A DNA stretch of 64,000 nucleotides from an uncultured Candidatus Rokubacteria bacterium. Lineage in GTDB: Bacteria > Methylomirabilota > Methylomirabilia > Rokubacteriales > DASRDR01. The translations under genes and the position numbers were made by a program. Below, piece after piece: positions 41,132-51,889 of the stretch. The stretch covers positions 10,200 through 74,199 of the forward strand of contig CAVPSB010000037.1 of the NCBI GenBank assembly GCA_963708025.1, in the 5' to 3' direction. Positions within the stretch are counted from its first letter, which is position 1; every line of letters begins with the position of its first letter. The notes below the pieces were generated by a model, which saw nothing but the letters and a program-made list of their open reading frames with translations, was not told the DNA's origin and did not search any database.

Positions 41132-42487
41132 CTACCTGGGGGAGCGGCCGGCCAGGCGGGACGCGAGCGGATTGGCCGCGGGGTGTAGCACGTCGATCGC
41201 CCAGCCCAGGTCGAGGCGCTCGCCCAGCCAGCTCGGGCACCCCGTCCGCGCGCCGATCGCCAGGCCGCGCGCTCGATTCGCCGTGACCAGCGCCCAGATC
41301 GGGTCGGCCGGCACCCCCGGCGGCGCCGGGACTTCGGGGATCGGTCGGCCGCCCGGCGTGCGGAAATGGAGCGTCCCGTCGGCGTCCCGCTCGACCTGGT
41401 AGCCCTCCTCGTGGACGGCCCCGTGGTGACGGCGACACAGAAGGGCAAGATTGTCCAGCCGCGTCGGGCCGCCGTTGGCCCAGTGGTGGAGGTGGTGCCC
41501 CTGGGCGTGGCGCACCCCGCAGCCCGGGAAGCGGCAGCCGTGGTCCCGCGCCTGGAGCGCTCGGCGTAGCGCCGGCGGGATTGCTCTGGTCCGCCGCCCG
41601 ACGTCGAGCACCGAGCCGTCGCCCGCGTGGTGCATCACGACCCGGGTCGCGTCACACGCCAGCCGCCGGGACGTTTCCGCGGGAACGCGCACGCCGTCCT
41701 CGAGCGCCGACTGGCCCGGCTGATTGGGGTCGGCCAGCACCGGCGCATCGACGTGGACCACGACCTGGTACCGCTCGCTCCCCGCGCCGGGATCGAGCCC
41801 GTGCGCGAGGGCCGTCTCTGCCACCAGCGCCAGGGCATCCGCCCGCTGCTGGCCCTGCGTCGGCCGGTCCCCGTCGGCCCCCGCCTCGGGCGTGGCCCGG
41901 GCCCGCGCGTACAGCGCCTCCCGCGCCGCCTCCAGCGCCCGCACCAGCACCGCCCCCACCTCCGGCTCCAGCCGCCCCCGCACCACCAGCATCCCGTCCT
42001 CGTCCGGGTACACCTGGAGCGACCGGCCCCGGTGACGCGCTTCTGCCTCCCGCCCCTCCACCTGCCGGTCCACCCGCCGCCACGCCCGCACGATCCGCTC
42101 CACGTGGGAGGCCGTCCCCGCCCGCCCCACCGCCAGCAGCCGCGCCTCCGTCTCCGGCGTCGCGACCCGCGTGATCGCGCGAACCTTCGAGTAGGACAGC
42201 TCCCCTCGCTCCAGGGCCGTGGCCAACTGAGGCAGCGCCCCCAGCGCCCGCGCCACCCGCACGCGCTCCCGGGCCGCCCCCAGATCCAGTCCGACGCGCC
42301 AGCTCAACCACTCGGCGCAGGAGCGGGCGCCGTTCGCCCAGCCGCCCCGCGCATCGAACTCGCGGATCAGATCCAGCAGCCGGGCGGTGGCGGCGTCGAG
42401 GTGGGCCGAGAGCGTGGCGATCTCGTCGCCGAGCCGGTCGAGATCGGCCGCGGGGGTGGCGGGCGCGAGCGTCGGCGCGAGCTGCAT
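41132..42487 (-). CDS. DUF222-domain HNH endonuclease (13E12-repeat-like)
   Basis: RDHGCRFPGC, HHLHHWANGGPTRLDNLALLCRRHH, RRLACDA; RBS before ATG 42487. Confidence 0.88.
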   Translation of the reverse strand: MQLAPTLAPATPAADLDRLGDEIATLSAHLDAATARLLDLIREFDARGGWANGARSCAEWLSWRVGLDLGAARERVRVARALGALPQLATALERGELSYSKVRAITRVATPETEARLLAVGRAGTASHVERIVRAWRRVDRQVEGREAEARHRGRSLQVYPDEDGMLVVRGRLEPEVGAVLVRALEAAREALYARARATPEAGADGDRPTQGQQRADALALVAETALAHGLDPGAGSERYQVVVHVDAPVLADPNQPGQSALEDGVRVPAETSRRLACDATRVVMHHAGDGSVLDVGRRTRAIPPALRRALQARDHGCRFPGCGVRHAQGHHLHHWANGGPTRLDNLALLCRRHHGAVHEEGYQVERDADGTLHFRTPGGRPIPEVPAPPGVPADPIWALVTANRARGLAIGARTGCPSWLGERLDLGWAIDVLHPAANPLASRLAGRSPR

Positions 42488-42837
42488 GGCGAGCCTCCTC
42501 GCTCGCACCCTACCACGCGATTTTCGACCGCCCTGGGAGGCTGCCTGGCCGCGGTCTATTGGACGGGAATGATTTTCGCCTCGACATGGCCGGCGCGCGG
42601 GGCGGCGGGCCGGGGCAGCCCGCTGGGCGCCATTGAAGGTGCTGGCCGCGACTGCCGCCAGCGCCCGGTCAGAAACCGTGTCAAGCAGAAAGTGCGGCAC
42701 CTGATGGGCGCGAAGGGTTCCGCTCGTGGAAGTGGTACGGCGCCCGATCCGGGCCTGGATCAGCTCCCCACCGCTCGCTTGCGCGCGTCCTGACCTCCTC
42801 TGGCGCCGTGTGGCCGGATGGCCTATTCTGTCCGGCG

Positions 42838-44161
42838 ATGACGACACGCCACGCCCGGCAGGCTCTCCTGGACCGCTACGTGCGCATCCCCACCGTGAGC
42901 CGGCGCGTGACGCCGGAGATGGTCGAGCAGATCCGCGCCTTCTGGGGAGAGCAGGGACTGGCCCTCGAGCCGCTCTCGCCCCCCGACGGGAAAGGCACCC
43001 CCGCGCTGTGGGGCGAGATCCCGGGTCCGGCCGGCGCGCCGACGGTCCTGCTGTACGGTCACTACGACGTCCAGCCGACCGGCGAGCTCTCGCGGTGGGT
43101 ATGGAACGACGTCGCCTGCGACCCGTTCGTCCCCACCTACTTCCACGCGGACCGCCGCGTCGATCCGGCGAGCCTCGACGAGGCCGCGCTCGACGCCGTC
43201 ACGATGGTGGCGCGCGGCGGCGCCGACAACAAGGGCCAGCACGTCGCCAACGTGCTCGGCGCCCTCGACGCCGCGCGGGCGGGCACGCTCCGCTGGCGCG
43301 TGCGGATCATCCTCGACGGCGAGGAGGAGCACGGGAGCCCCAACCTCGGCGCGATCGCCGGCGCCCACCGCGATCGCCTCGCCGCCGACGTCATCGATCT
43401 GCTCGGACGGGCCCAAGCAGAAGAACCGGCCCACCCTGGTGATGGGCGTGCGCGGGATGCTCGAGGTGCACCTCACGGTCGAGAACGGCCAGCGGACGGC
43501 CGTCCACTCCGGCAACTACGGCAACATCGTGGCGAACCCGGTGCTCCCGCTGGCGCGGCTCATCGAGGACCTCCAGGTGCGCGCGACCGACCTCGCCCGC
43601 GAGAACGGGGCGTTCCGGGAGGAGGCCGAGGTGGCGTTCGGGCAGTGGGAGCGCGAGGCGGTCTGGAAGCCGTTCCTCTGGCCCTACGTCAACGCCAACC
43701 ACTTCGCGAGCGACGGCACCTCGCTCGAGCAGCGGCGCACGGTCATCCCGCGCGCCGCCCACGCCCGGGTGGACATCCGGCTCACGCCCGACACCTCGCC
43801 CGAGGCGATGGCCGCGCTCGTCCACCGCGCGGTGGCCGACCACGCGAAGGCCGCCGAGGGCGTCACCTTCGACGTCCGGACCCACGGCCAGCCCGCCAGC
43901 TACACCTCGCCGGCGCGGCCCGAGTTCGCCTGGCTGCTGCGCCTGCTCGGCGAGCAGGGCGACGGCCCGCCGGTCGCGCTCCCCATCCTGGGCGGCACCC
44001 TGCCGACCTGGGTCTTCACCCAGCTCCTCGGCATGCCGGGCTTCGTCATCCCCTCGGCCAACAGCGACAACCAGCAGCACGACGTCAACGAGCACTACGT
44101 GCTGCGCCACTTCTTCGCGCAGACGAGGCTGTACAACCAGATCGTGTCCTCGCGGCCGTAG
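42838..44161 (+). CDS. M20/M25/M40 family metallo-hydrolase; frameshift near 43395
   Basis: LYGHYDVQP, ARGGADNKG, GEEEHGSP, HSGNYG, QHDVNE. Confidence 0.87.
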
Positions 44162-44191
44162 GTCTGGCGCCGGGCCGCTGGAGGCTCGGGG

Positions 44192-47100
44192 ATGCAGTGC
44201 CCCAAGTGCCGGCGGGAGAATCCTCCGCAGTCGCTCTTCTGCCTCGAGTGCGGGAGCCGACTGGGCCTCGCCTGCGGCTCCTGTGGCTCCGACCTGCCCG
44301 CCGGCGCCCGGTTCTGCAATCGGTGCGGCAGCCCCGTCGCCGCCGGGCCGGCTCCATCCCGATTCGCCTCCCCGGAGGCGTACACGCCGCGGCACCTCGC
44401 CGAGAAGATCCTCTCCACGAAGGGCGCGCTCGAAGGGGAGCGCAAGCAGGTCACGGTCCTCTTCGCCGACCTCAAGGGGTCGATGGAGCTGCTGGCCGAC
44501 CGCGACCCCGAGGAGGCGCGGAAGCTGCTCGATCCGGTCCTCGATCGCATGATGGACGCCGTCCATCGCTACGAGGGGACCGTGAACCAGGTGATGGGCG
44601 ACGGGATCATGGCGCTGTTCGGCGCGCCGGTGGCCCACGAGGACCACGCGGTCCGCGCCTGCTACGCGGCCCTCGACATGCAGGCGACCATCCGCCGCTA
44701 CGCCGACGAGGTACGCAGATCACAGGGCGTCCGGGTGGAGGCGCGGGTCGGGCTGAATTCCGGCGAGGTCGTGGTGCGGGCGATCGGGGGCGACCTCCGG
44801 ACCGACTACACGGCGGTGGGCCAGACGACGCACCTGGCGGCCCGGATGGAGCAGCTCGCCAGCCCCGGCACCACGCTGCTGACGGCGGACACGCTGCGGC
44901 TGGCGGAGGGGTACGTCGAGGTGCGGCCGCTGGGGCCGGTGCCGGTGAAGGGCCTGGATGGCCCCGTGGAGCTCTACGAGCTGACCGGGGCCGGCCCCCG
45001 GCGCTCCCGGCTCCACGCGGCCGCCGCGCGGGGGCTCACGCGGTTCGTCGGCCGGGACGCCGAGCTGGAGCAGCTCCGCGAGGCCCTGGCCCGCGTCGCG
45101 ACCGGCCACGGGCAGGTCGTGGCTCTGGTCGGGGAGCCCGGCGTCGGCAAGTCGCGCCTCGTGTGGGAGGTGACCCATTCTCACCGCACCCACGGCTGGC
45201 TGATCCTCGAGGCCGGCTCCGTCTCGTACGGCAAGGCCACGCCGTACCTGCCGGTGGTCAGCCTCCTCCGGGGCTACCTCCAGGTCGGCGACCGGGACGA
45301 GCCCCGCGCCATCCGGGAGAAGGTCACGGGCAAGCTCCTCGCGCTCGACCGCGCCCTCGAGCCGGCGCTGCCGGCCTTCCTCGCGCTCCTCGACGTGCCG
45401 GTGGAGGACCGCCGGTGGGAGGTCCTGGACCCGCCCCAGCGCCGGCAGCGCACGCTCGACGCCCTGAAGCGGCTCCTCCTGCGGGAGAGCCAGGTCCAGC
45501 CGCTCCTGGTCGTGTTCGAGGACCTCCACTGGATCGACGCCGAGACGCAGGCGGTGCTCGACCGCCTGGTCGAGAGCCTGCCGACGGCCCGGCTCCTGCT
45601 CCTCGTCAACTACCGCCCGGAGTACCGGCACGACTGGGGCGGGAAGACCTACTACCGCCAGCTCCGGCTGGACCCGCTCGCACCGGAGAATGCGACCGCG
45701 CTGCTGGAGACCCTGCTCGGGGGCGACGCCGGCCTCGAGCCCCTGAAGCGGCTCCTCCTCGCGCGGACCGAGGGCAACCCGCTCTTCCTCGAGGAGAGCG
45801 TGCGGAGTCTCGCGGACGACGGGGTGCTCGCGGGCGAGCGCGGCGCGTATCGGCTCGGGAAGGCACCGGAGACCATCCACGTGCCGGCGACGGTGCAGGC
45901 GATCCTGGCGGCGCGCATCGACCGGCTGCCGGCCGGAGGACAAGGACCTCCTCCAGACGGCCTCGGTCGTCGGCACCGACGTCCCGGTGGCCGTCCTCGC
46001 GGCCGTGACCGGAACGTCGGCGGACGCGCTCGGCCGAGGGCCTCGCCCGGCTCCAGGCCGCCGAGTTCCTCTACGAGACGAGCCTGTTCCCCGACGTCGA
46101 GTACACCTTCAAGCACGCGCTCACCCACGAGGTGGCCTACGGAAGCCTCCTCCAGGATCGTCGGCGCGCGCTCCACGCCCGGGCCGTCGCGGCCATCGAG
46201 GGCGCTCTACCCCGAGCGGCTCGCGGAGCACGTCGAGCGCCTGGCCCACCACGCGCTCCGCGGCGAGGCGTGGGAGAAGGCGGTGGCCTACCTCCATCAG
46301 GCCGGGGGGAAGGCGACGGAGCGCTCGGCCCACCGGGAGGCGGCCGCCTGCTTCGAGCAGGCGCTCGAGGCGCTCGAGCATCTCCCGCCGCAGACGGAGT
46401 GGCGGGAGCGGGCGATCGACCTCCATTTCGACGCCAGCAACGACCTGGTGATGTTGGGGGAGCGGGCGAAGAGCATCGATCACGCCCGACGGGCCGAGGC
46501 TCTCGCGGGGTCGCTGGGCGACGAGCGCCGGCTGGGGCGGGCCCTCGTGCTCCTCGCGCGCGGAAGCCAGAACTGGGGTGACCCGGATCGCGGGCTCGCG
46601 CTGGCCCGGCGGGCTCTGGCCATCGCCATCGGCCTCGGTGACGTCTCGCTCCAGGCATCGGTGAACTACCAGCTCGGCGCGATCGGGCACAGCACGGGGG
46701 ACTCTCGACAGAGCGCGGAGACTCTCGGCCGGCTGGTCGAGACTCTGCAGGGCGATCGGCGTTACGAGCGGTGCCATGGCCGGTCGTCATTTCGCGAGGA
46801 CGGCTCGCCTGGTGCCTCGCCGAGCTGGGCGAGTTCGCGGAAGCGACGGCGCACGCCGAGGAGGCCGTCCGGATCGCGAGCGAGGCCGATCATCTCGGCA
46901 GCCTCGTCTTCTCGTACCGAGGCCTGGGCTTCGTCTTCCTCCGCCGGGGCGCGATCCCCCAGGCCATTCCGCCGCTCGAGCGTGCCGTGGAGCTGTGCCG
47001 GGTCGCCGTGCGGGTCTCTCTTCGACATCACGGCCGCGCATCTCGGTTACGCGTATGCGCTGTCGGGCCGCCTCCCGGAGGGCGTGGCCCTCATGGAGGA

Positions 47101-47540
47101 GGCGCTCGCCGACCCCGAGTCGACGGGCACCGCCCTCCATCCGCTCCTCCTGGCCTACCTCGGGGAGGCGCACCTCCTGGCCGGCCGCCCGGACGACGCG
47201 CTCGCCGTCGCCCGGCGCGCCCTCGACCTCGCCCACCGGCAGAAGGAGCGCGGCAGCGAGGCCTGGGTCCTTCGTCTCCTGGCCGAGATCGCCGCCCGCC
47301 ACGATCCGCCGGACGCCGAGGCTGCCGAGCGCTACTACCGCGAGGCCCTGGCCCGGGTCGAGGAGCTCGGGATGCGCCCCCTGGCGGCCCACTGCCACCT
47401 GGGCCTGGGCCAGCTCTACTCCCGAGCCGGGGACCGCGCGAAGGCGCGCGAGCACCTGACCACGGCGGCCGACGATGTACCGTGGGATGGACATGCAGTC
47501 CTGGCTGGCGCGAGCCGAGGCCGAGGGCGCGATGCTATAG
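44192..47540 (+). CDS. Double zinc-ribbon, class III nucleotide cyclase, AAA ATPase, TPR protein; several frameshifts after 45930
   Basis: Four CxxC; TVLFADLKGS, MGDG; GEPGVGKS; FEDLHWID; GNPLFLEE; FKHAL. Confidence 0.88.
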
Positions 47541-47563
47541 TGTCGGGGCCAAGGAGGCCAACC

Positions 47564-48766
47564 ATGGGTGCCAACAAGCGCTACGCGGGTTACCGATCCT
47601 ACCAGTACCTCGAGGAGAACGCCGACTACCGGGGGTTCCACCTGACCAAGGAGATCGGGCGGGTGCCGTCCCGGCAGGTGGACGTGACGCCGGCCGAGGA
47701 GGCGCGCGTCCAGGACCTGATGGCCCGGAACGTCGTCGTCTCCATGCACGACCACCCGGTCGTGTCGCCCGAGGACATCTCGCTGATCTTCGAGCAGAAG
47801 CGGCGGGGCCGCGACTTCACCGGGTTCGAGGGGCTGGCCGCCTCCGGCCTGGACTGCGTCTTCGACAACCTGATGGACGGCATCTGCACGATCACCGGGC
47901 CGGCCGGCTGGAAGTGGAACGACATCCTGTTCGACCTGGGCATGCGGCTCAGCGACCTGGCCCACCAGGAGTTCGTGGTCGTGTGCGACGGCGTGCGCGA
48001 CATCGTGAAGGCGCACGCGGAGGGCCGGATCGCGCTGGTCCCCACGCTGGAGGCGGCCACCCCCATCGAGAACGAGGTGGACCGGGTGGACGTGCTCTAC
48101 GGCTTCGGCGTCCGCAGCATGGGCATCGTCTACAGCGAGGCCAACGCCCTCGGCTGCGGGCTCCGCGAGTCGTTCGACGGGGGGCTCACCGACCTCGGCC
48201 GGGCGGTGGTGCGCCGCATGAACAAGCTCGGCATGCAGATCGACGCCGCCCACGTCGGCGACCGGTCGACCCTCGACATCATCGAGGCCAGCGAGCACCC
48301 GATCGTCATCTCCCACGCCGGCTGCCGGTCGCTCTGGAACACCCGCCGCATGAAGCCGGACAACGTGCTGGAGGCGATGGCGAAGAAGGGTGGCGTCCTG
48401 GGGATCGAGGCGGCGCCCCACACCACGCTCACCGAGCGCCACCGGCTCCACAGCATCGAGTCCTACATGGAGCACTTCGAGCACGCCGTGAAGCTCATCG
48501 GCATCGATCACGTCGGGTTCGGGCCGGACACGCTCTTCGGCGACCACGTGGGGCTCCACCACGCCTTCGCCACCCAGCTCTCGATCGGCAAGGCCCACGC
48601 CGGCGTGAAGTTCCAGGAGGTGCCGTACGTGGACGGGCTCGAGAACCCGGCCGACTATCCCAACATCGTGCGCTGGCTCGTCAAGCACGGCTACAAGGAC
48701 GAGGACATCGTCAAGGCGATCGGGGGGAACGCGCTCCGGGTCATGAAGCAGGTCTGGATTCGCTAG
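47564..48766 (+). CDS. Membrane dipeptidase (peptidase M19) family
   Basis: HDH, GLTDLG, IDAAH, ISHAG, GIDHVGFGPD, GGNALRV. Confidence 0.88.
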   Translation: MGANKRYAGYRSYQYLEENADYRGFHLTKEIGRVPSRQVDVTPAEEARVQDLMARNVVVSMHDHPVVSPEDISLIFEQKRRGRDFTGFEGLAASGLDCVFDNLMDGICTITGPAGWKWNDILFDLGMRLSDLAHQEFVVVCDGVRDIVKAHAEGRIALVPTLEAATPIENEVDRVDVLYGFGVRSMGIVYSEANALGCGLRESFDGGLTDLGRAVVRRMNKLGMQIDAAHVGDRSTLDIIEASEHPIVISHAGCRSLWNTRRMKPDNVLEAMAKKGGVLGIEAAPHTTLTERHRLHSIESYMEHFEHAVKLIGIDHVGFGPDTLFGDHVGLHHAFATQLSIGKAHAGVKFQEVPYVDGLENPADYPNIVRWLVKHGYKDEDIVKAIGGNALRVMKQVWIR

Positions 48767-48779
48767 CGGGAACGGCGAT

Positions 48780-48820
48780 CCCCCTCACCCTGGCCCTCTC
48801 CCCCCGAGGGGGAGAGGGAA
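48780..48820. repeat. BoxC/REP-like hairpin between convergent genes
   Basis: CCCCTCACCCTGGCCCTCTCCCCC-CGA-GGGGGAGAGGG; degenerate relative at 22467-22503. Confidence 0.75.
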
Positions 48821-48836
48821 AAGGGAATGCATCCGA

Positions 48837-50846
48837 TCAGCGGGGGGGTGACCCCGGGGGCTCGTCCGGGCCGAGCCCGAGCACCGCGCCGGCCGCGACG
48901 GGGAGCTCCACCGTGAAGAGCGCGCCGCCGCCGGGCGCCGACCCGACGCGGATGGTCCCGCCGTGCGCGCTGACGAACATGTGACACAGCGCGAGCCCGA
49001 GCCCCGTTCCCTCTCCCGGCGGCTTGGTCGTGAAGAACGGCTCGAAGACCCGGGCCCGGATCTCCTCCGGAACCCCCGGGCCCGAGTCCCCCACCTCCAG
49101 GACGATCCGATCGGCCGCCTCATCGAAGCGGGTGGCGATCCGCAGCCACCGGGGTGGTGGCCCTCCCCGAAGGGTCTGCGTGGCGTTCCGGACCAGGTTC
49201 GTGACCACCTGGTGGAGCTGGTCGGGGTCGCCGGAGAGAGTGGGCAAAGCCGGGGCCAGCGCCCGGATGACCTCGATGCCGTCGTTCCCGAGCGAGCGCA
49301 CAACCGCGTCCAGGGCACACGAGACCACGTCGTTGAGCGCCACGGGCCGTGGCTCGGGCGTCCCCCGGCGGGCGAGGCCGTGGAACGCCTTGACGATCCG
49401 GAAACACCCGGTGGCCGAGTCGAGGATCCGCTGGGCCATGGCGCTGAGAGGGCTGTCCCCGCGATTCGCGGCCGCGACGCCGAGCAGCTCGGCCTGGGCG
49501 ACCACCGCGGCCAGCGGGTTGGTCAGCTCGTGGGCCACGCCCCCCAGCAGCGCCAGCTTCTCGGCCTGCTGGAGGCTGCGCTGGACCCGCGTCTGCTCGG
49601 TCATGTCCCGGATGATCGCGACGCCGCCGCTGACCTGGCCGGCCGAGTCGCGTAGCGGTGCGACGGCGGCACTCGCCTCCAGGCAGCGGCCGTCGGGGGT
49701 GCTGATGAGGGTCTCGTAGCCCTTCACGGTCTGGCCGGCGGCGATCCGGCCGGCGAGGCCGCCGAACGCGCGCGGTCCATCACGCCAGCACGCATCGAGC
49801 TCCCGGACGCTCCGGCCCACCAGCCGCACCGCCTGGCACCCGAACAGCTCCTCGGCGCGGCCGCTGACATAGGTCACGCGGCCCTCGAGGTCCGTCGCGA
49901 CGATCGCGTCGACCGAGGTCTCCGCGATCGAGTGGATCAGGTCCCGGGCCGCCCGGAGCTCTTCGCGAAGTCGGGCGTTCCGGATGACGACCGCGGCCTG
50001 GGCGACGAATCCCTCGAGCAGATCGTGTTCGTCCGGGGCGAGCATGAACGGCGCCGGGCCGGCCAGGGCCAGCACCCCCAGCAGGTCGTCCCCGTGCGAC
50101 ACCGGCAGCGCGAGGACGCTGGCGAAGCCGCGCGCCCGGAACCACTCGCGGTCGAGCACCCACGGATCGGCCCCGACGTCCGGGACGTGCAGCGCCTGCC
50201 GGTGCGTCGCCACCCAGCCGACGACGACCTGCCCGTAGGGCGCGATCCGGCGCGGATAGGGGGCGCCCCCGGTGGTGTCCGACCAGGCGCGCAGGGTAAG
50301 TGTCCGGGCGGCCTCGTCAGCCAGCCACAGCGACACGAAGCGCGCGCTCGTCGTCGGGCCGACCGCCTTCGCGATGGCGCCCAGCGCCTCATCGACGTCC
50401 TGACAGGACGCGATCAGGTTCGTGACGTCCACGAGCGCTCGGAGCCCGGCGGCCCGGGCATCCCGCCCGCCGGCAGCCGCCGAGGGCTCCGACCCTCGCA
50501 CGGCCTCGACGACACTCGACGCGAACGCCCACTTCCCGACGTACCCGTCGGCCCCGGCCGCCTCGGCCATCCGTCGCAGCTCGTGGCTGTCGTGCATGCT
50601 GACCACGACGATCCGCGGGGGGACCGGTCGGGCCTTGATCCGGCGGGTCGCCTCCAGGCCGCCCATGCCCGGCATGCTCACATCCATGAGCACGACGTCG
50701 GGATCGAGCCGCTCCACCTGCCGGATGGCCTCCTCACCCGAGCCCGCGCACCCGACGATGTCCAAGCCAGGCTGGCCTGCCAGGAACCGGGCCGCCACTT
50801 CCAGAAACTGGTTGCTGTCGTCAACGAGCAGAATCCGCACCGCCAT
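48837..50846 (-). CDS. Hybrid sensor kinase REC-GAF-PAS-HisKA-HATPase
   Basis: ILLVDD, LMDVSMP, AHELTNPL, NLVRNA, DSGPG, GTGLGL. Confidence 0.88.
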   Translation of the reverse strand: MAVRILLVDDSNQFLEVAARFLAGQPGLDIVGCAGSGEEAIRQVERLDPDVVLMDVSMPGMGGLEATRRIKARPVPPRIVVVSMHDSHELRRMAEAAGADGYVGKWAFASSVVEAVRGSEPSAAAGGRDARAAGLRALVDVTNLIASCQDVDEALGAIAKAVGPTTSARFVSLWLADEAARTLTLRAWSDTTGGAPYPRRIAPYGQVVVGWVATHRQALHVPDVGADPWVLDREWFRARGFASVLALPVSHGDDLLGVLALAGPAPFMLAPDEHDLLEGFVAQAAVVIRNARLREELRAARDLIHSIAETSVDAIVATDLEGRVTYVSGRAEELFGCQAVRLVGRSVRELDACWRDGPRAFGGLAGRIAAGQTVKGYETLISTPDGRCLEASAAVAPLRDSAGQVSGGVAIIRDMTEQTRVQRSLQQAEKLALLGGVAHELTNPLAAVVAQAELLGVAAANRGDSPLSAMAQRILDSATGCFRIVKAFHGLARRGTPEPRPVALNDVVSCALDAVVRSLGNDGIEVIRALAPALPTLSGDPDQLHQVVTNLVRNATQTLRGGPPPRWLRIATRFDEAADRIVLEVGDSGPGVPEEIRARVFEPFFTTKPPGEGTGLGLALCHMFVSAHGGTIRVGSAPGGGALFTVELPVAAGAVLGLGPDEPPGSPPR

Positions 50847-51134
50847 GCTCACCCTCACCCTCCGCCGGACCGTCTTCGGGACGCGGTCCGGTGATGGTGA
50901 AACGGTACGCGCGCCGGGGGGCGGCGCCAATCGGGTGGACCCTGACGGCGCGGGGAGATAAGCCCGAGAAGGCCCGACGGCGGGGACCTCCGGGAGGCCA
51001 CTCGGGGAATCCCCGAGTAGGCCCTCGGGGAAAGCCTGATGGCCGCGTCAGGCGCCGCCAAGAAATGGCCGGCAGCCCCCGGTCCGGACCGCGCACGGGC
51101 TTCTCGCAGCCCGCTGACTCTGGCCACGCGGTCG

Positions 51135-51234
51135 TGGCGTTCCACTTCGAGCCGCGGCCCACAGGCCGAAGGCCGTCGAACAGTCGCGGCCTCCGAGGGG
51201 GGCATCGGGGGGGTCTTCCGAGACCCCCCCGAAG
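51135..51234 (-). repeat. Post-stop stem-loop repeat (inverted copy of 56011-56090) with an extra GGCCGAAGGCC unit
   Basis: CGGGGGGGTCTTCCGAGACCCCCCCGAAG and TGGCGTTCCACTxCGAGCCGCGG shared. Confidence 0.85.
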
Positions 51235-51235
51235 A

Positions 51236-51889
51236 TCAAGCGTCCGGGGACACGAGGCCCATCCGGACGGCGAAGCGGACCAGCCCGGCGAGGTCGTGGA
51301 TGTCGAGCCGGTCCATGATCTGCGCGCGGTGAGTCTCGACCGTCTTGCCGCTGACCCGGAGGCGAAAGGCGATTTCCTTGGTGGAGTGCCCCTCGGCGAG
51401 GAGCTGGAGCACCTCCCGCTGGCGCGGGGTCAGACGCGCCAGCGCATCGGGGGCCTCGGCCAGTCGTCGCCGGTAGTCCGCGACGACGTGCGTTGACACG
51501 GCGGGGCTCAGGTACGTCTCCCCCCGGGCCACCGCCTCGATGGCGAGCTCCAGCTCCCTCAGGTCGGCGTCCTTCGGCAGGTAGCCGGCGCCACCGGCCC
51601 GGAGCGCCCGCGCCGCGTACTCCTCGCTCACGTGCATCGACAGGATGATCACGCGGGTCTCGGGGTGGTCGCGGGCGATCCGGGCCGTGGCCTCCAGCCC
51701 GTTGAGGCCCGGCATGGCGATGTCCATGAGCACGATGCGAGGACGCAGGGTCTCGACGAGGTCAAGGGCCTCCTGCCCGTCGCGGGCCTCGCCGACGACC
51801 TCGACGCCCGGCAGCGTGCCGAGCAGCGACCGGATCCCGGCGCGCACCAGCAGGTGGTCGTCGGCGAGCAGGACCCGGACGCCCGTCAT
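51236..51889 (-). CDS. NarL/LuxR family response regulator
   Basis: LLADDH, LMDIAMP, LTPRQREVL, KTVETHR. Confidence 0.95.
   Translation of the reverse strand: MTGVRVLLADDHLLVRAGIRSLLGTLPGVEVVGEARDGQEALDLVETLRPRIVLMDIAMPGLNGLEATARIARDHPETRVIILSMHVSEEYAARALRAGGAGYLPKDADLRELELAIEAVARGETYLSPAVSTHVVADYRRRLAEAPDALARLTPRQREVLQLLAEGHSTKEIAFRLRVSGKTVETHRAQIMDRLDIHDLAGLVRFAVRMGLVSPDA

Noticed and set aside
41132-42487. HNH protein as an IscB/Cas9-like RNA-guided nuclease
   Set aside because: No RuvC motifs or PLMP N-terminus; the architecture is DUF222 plus HNH.
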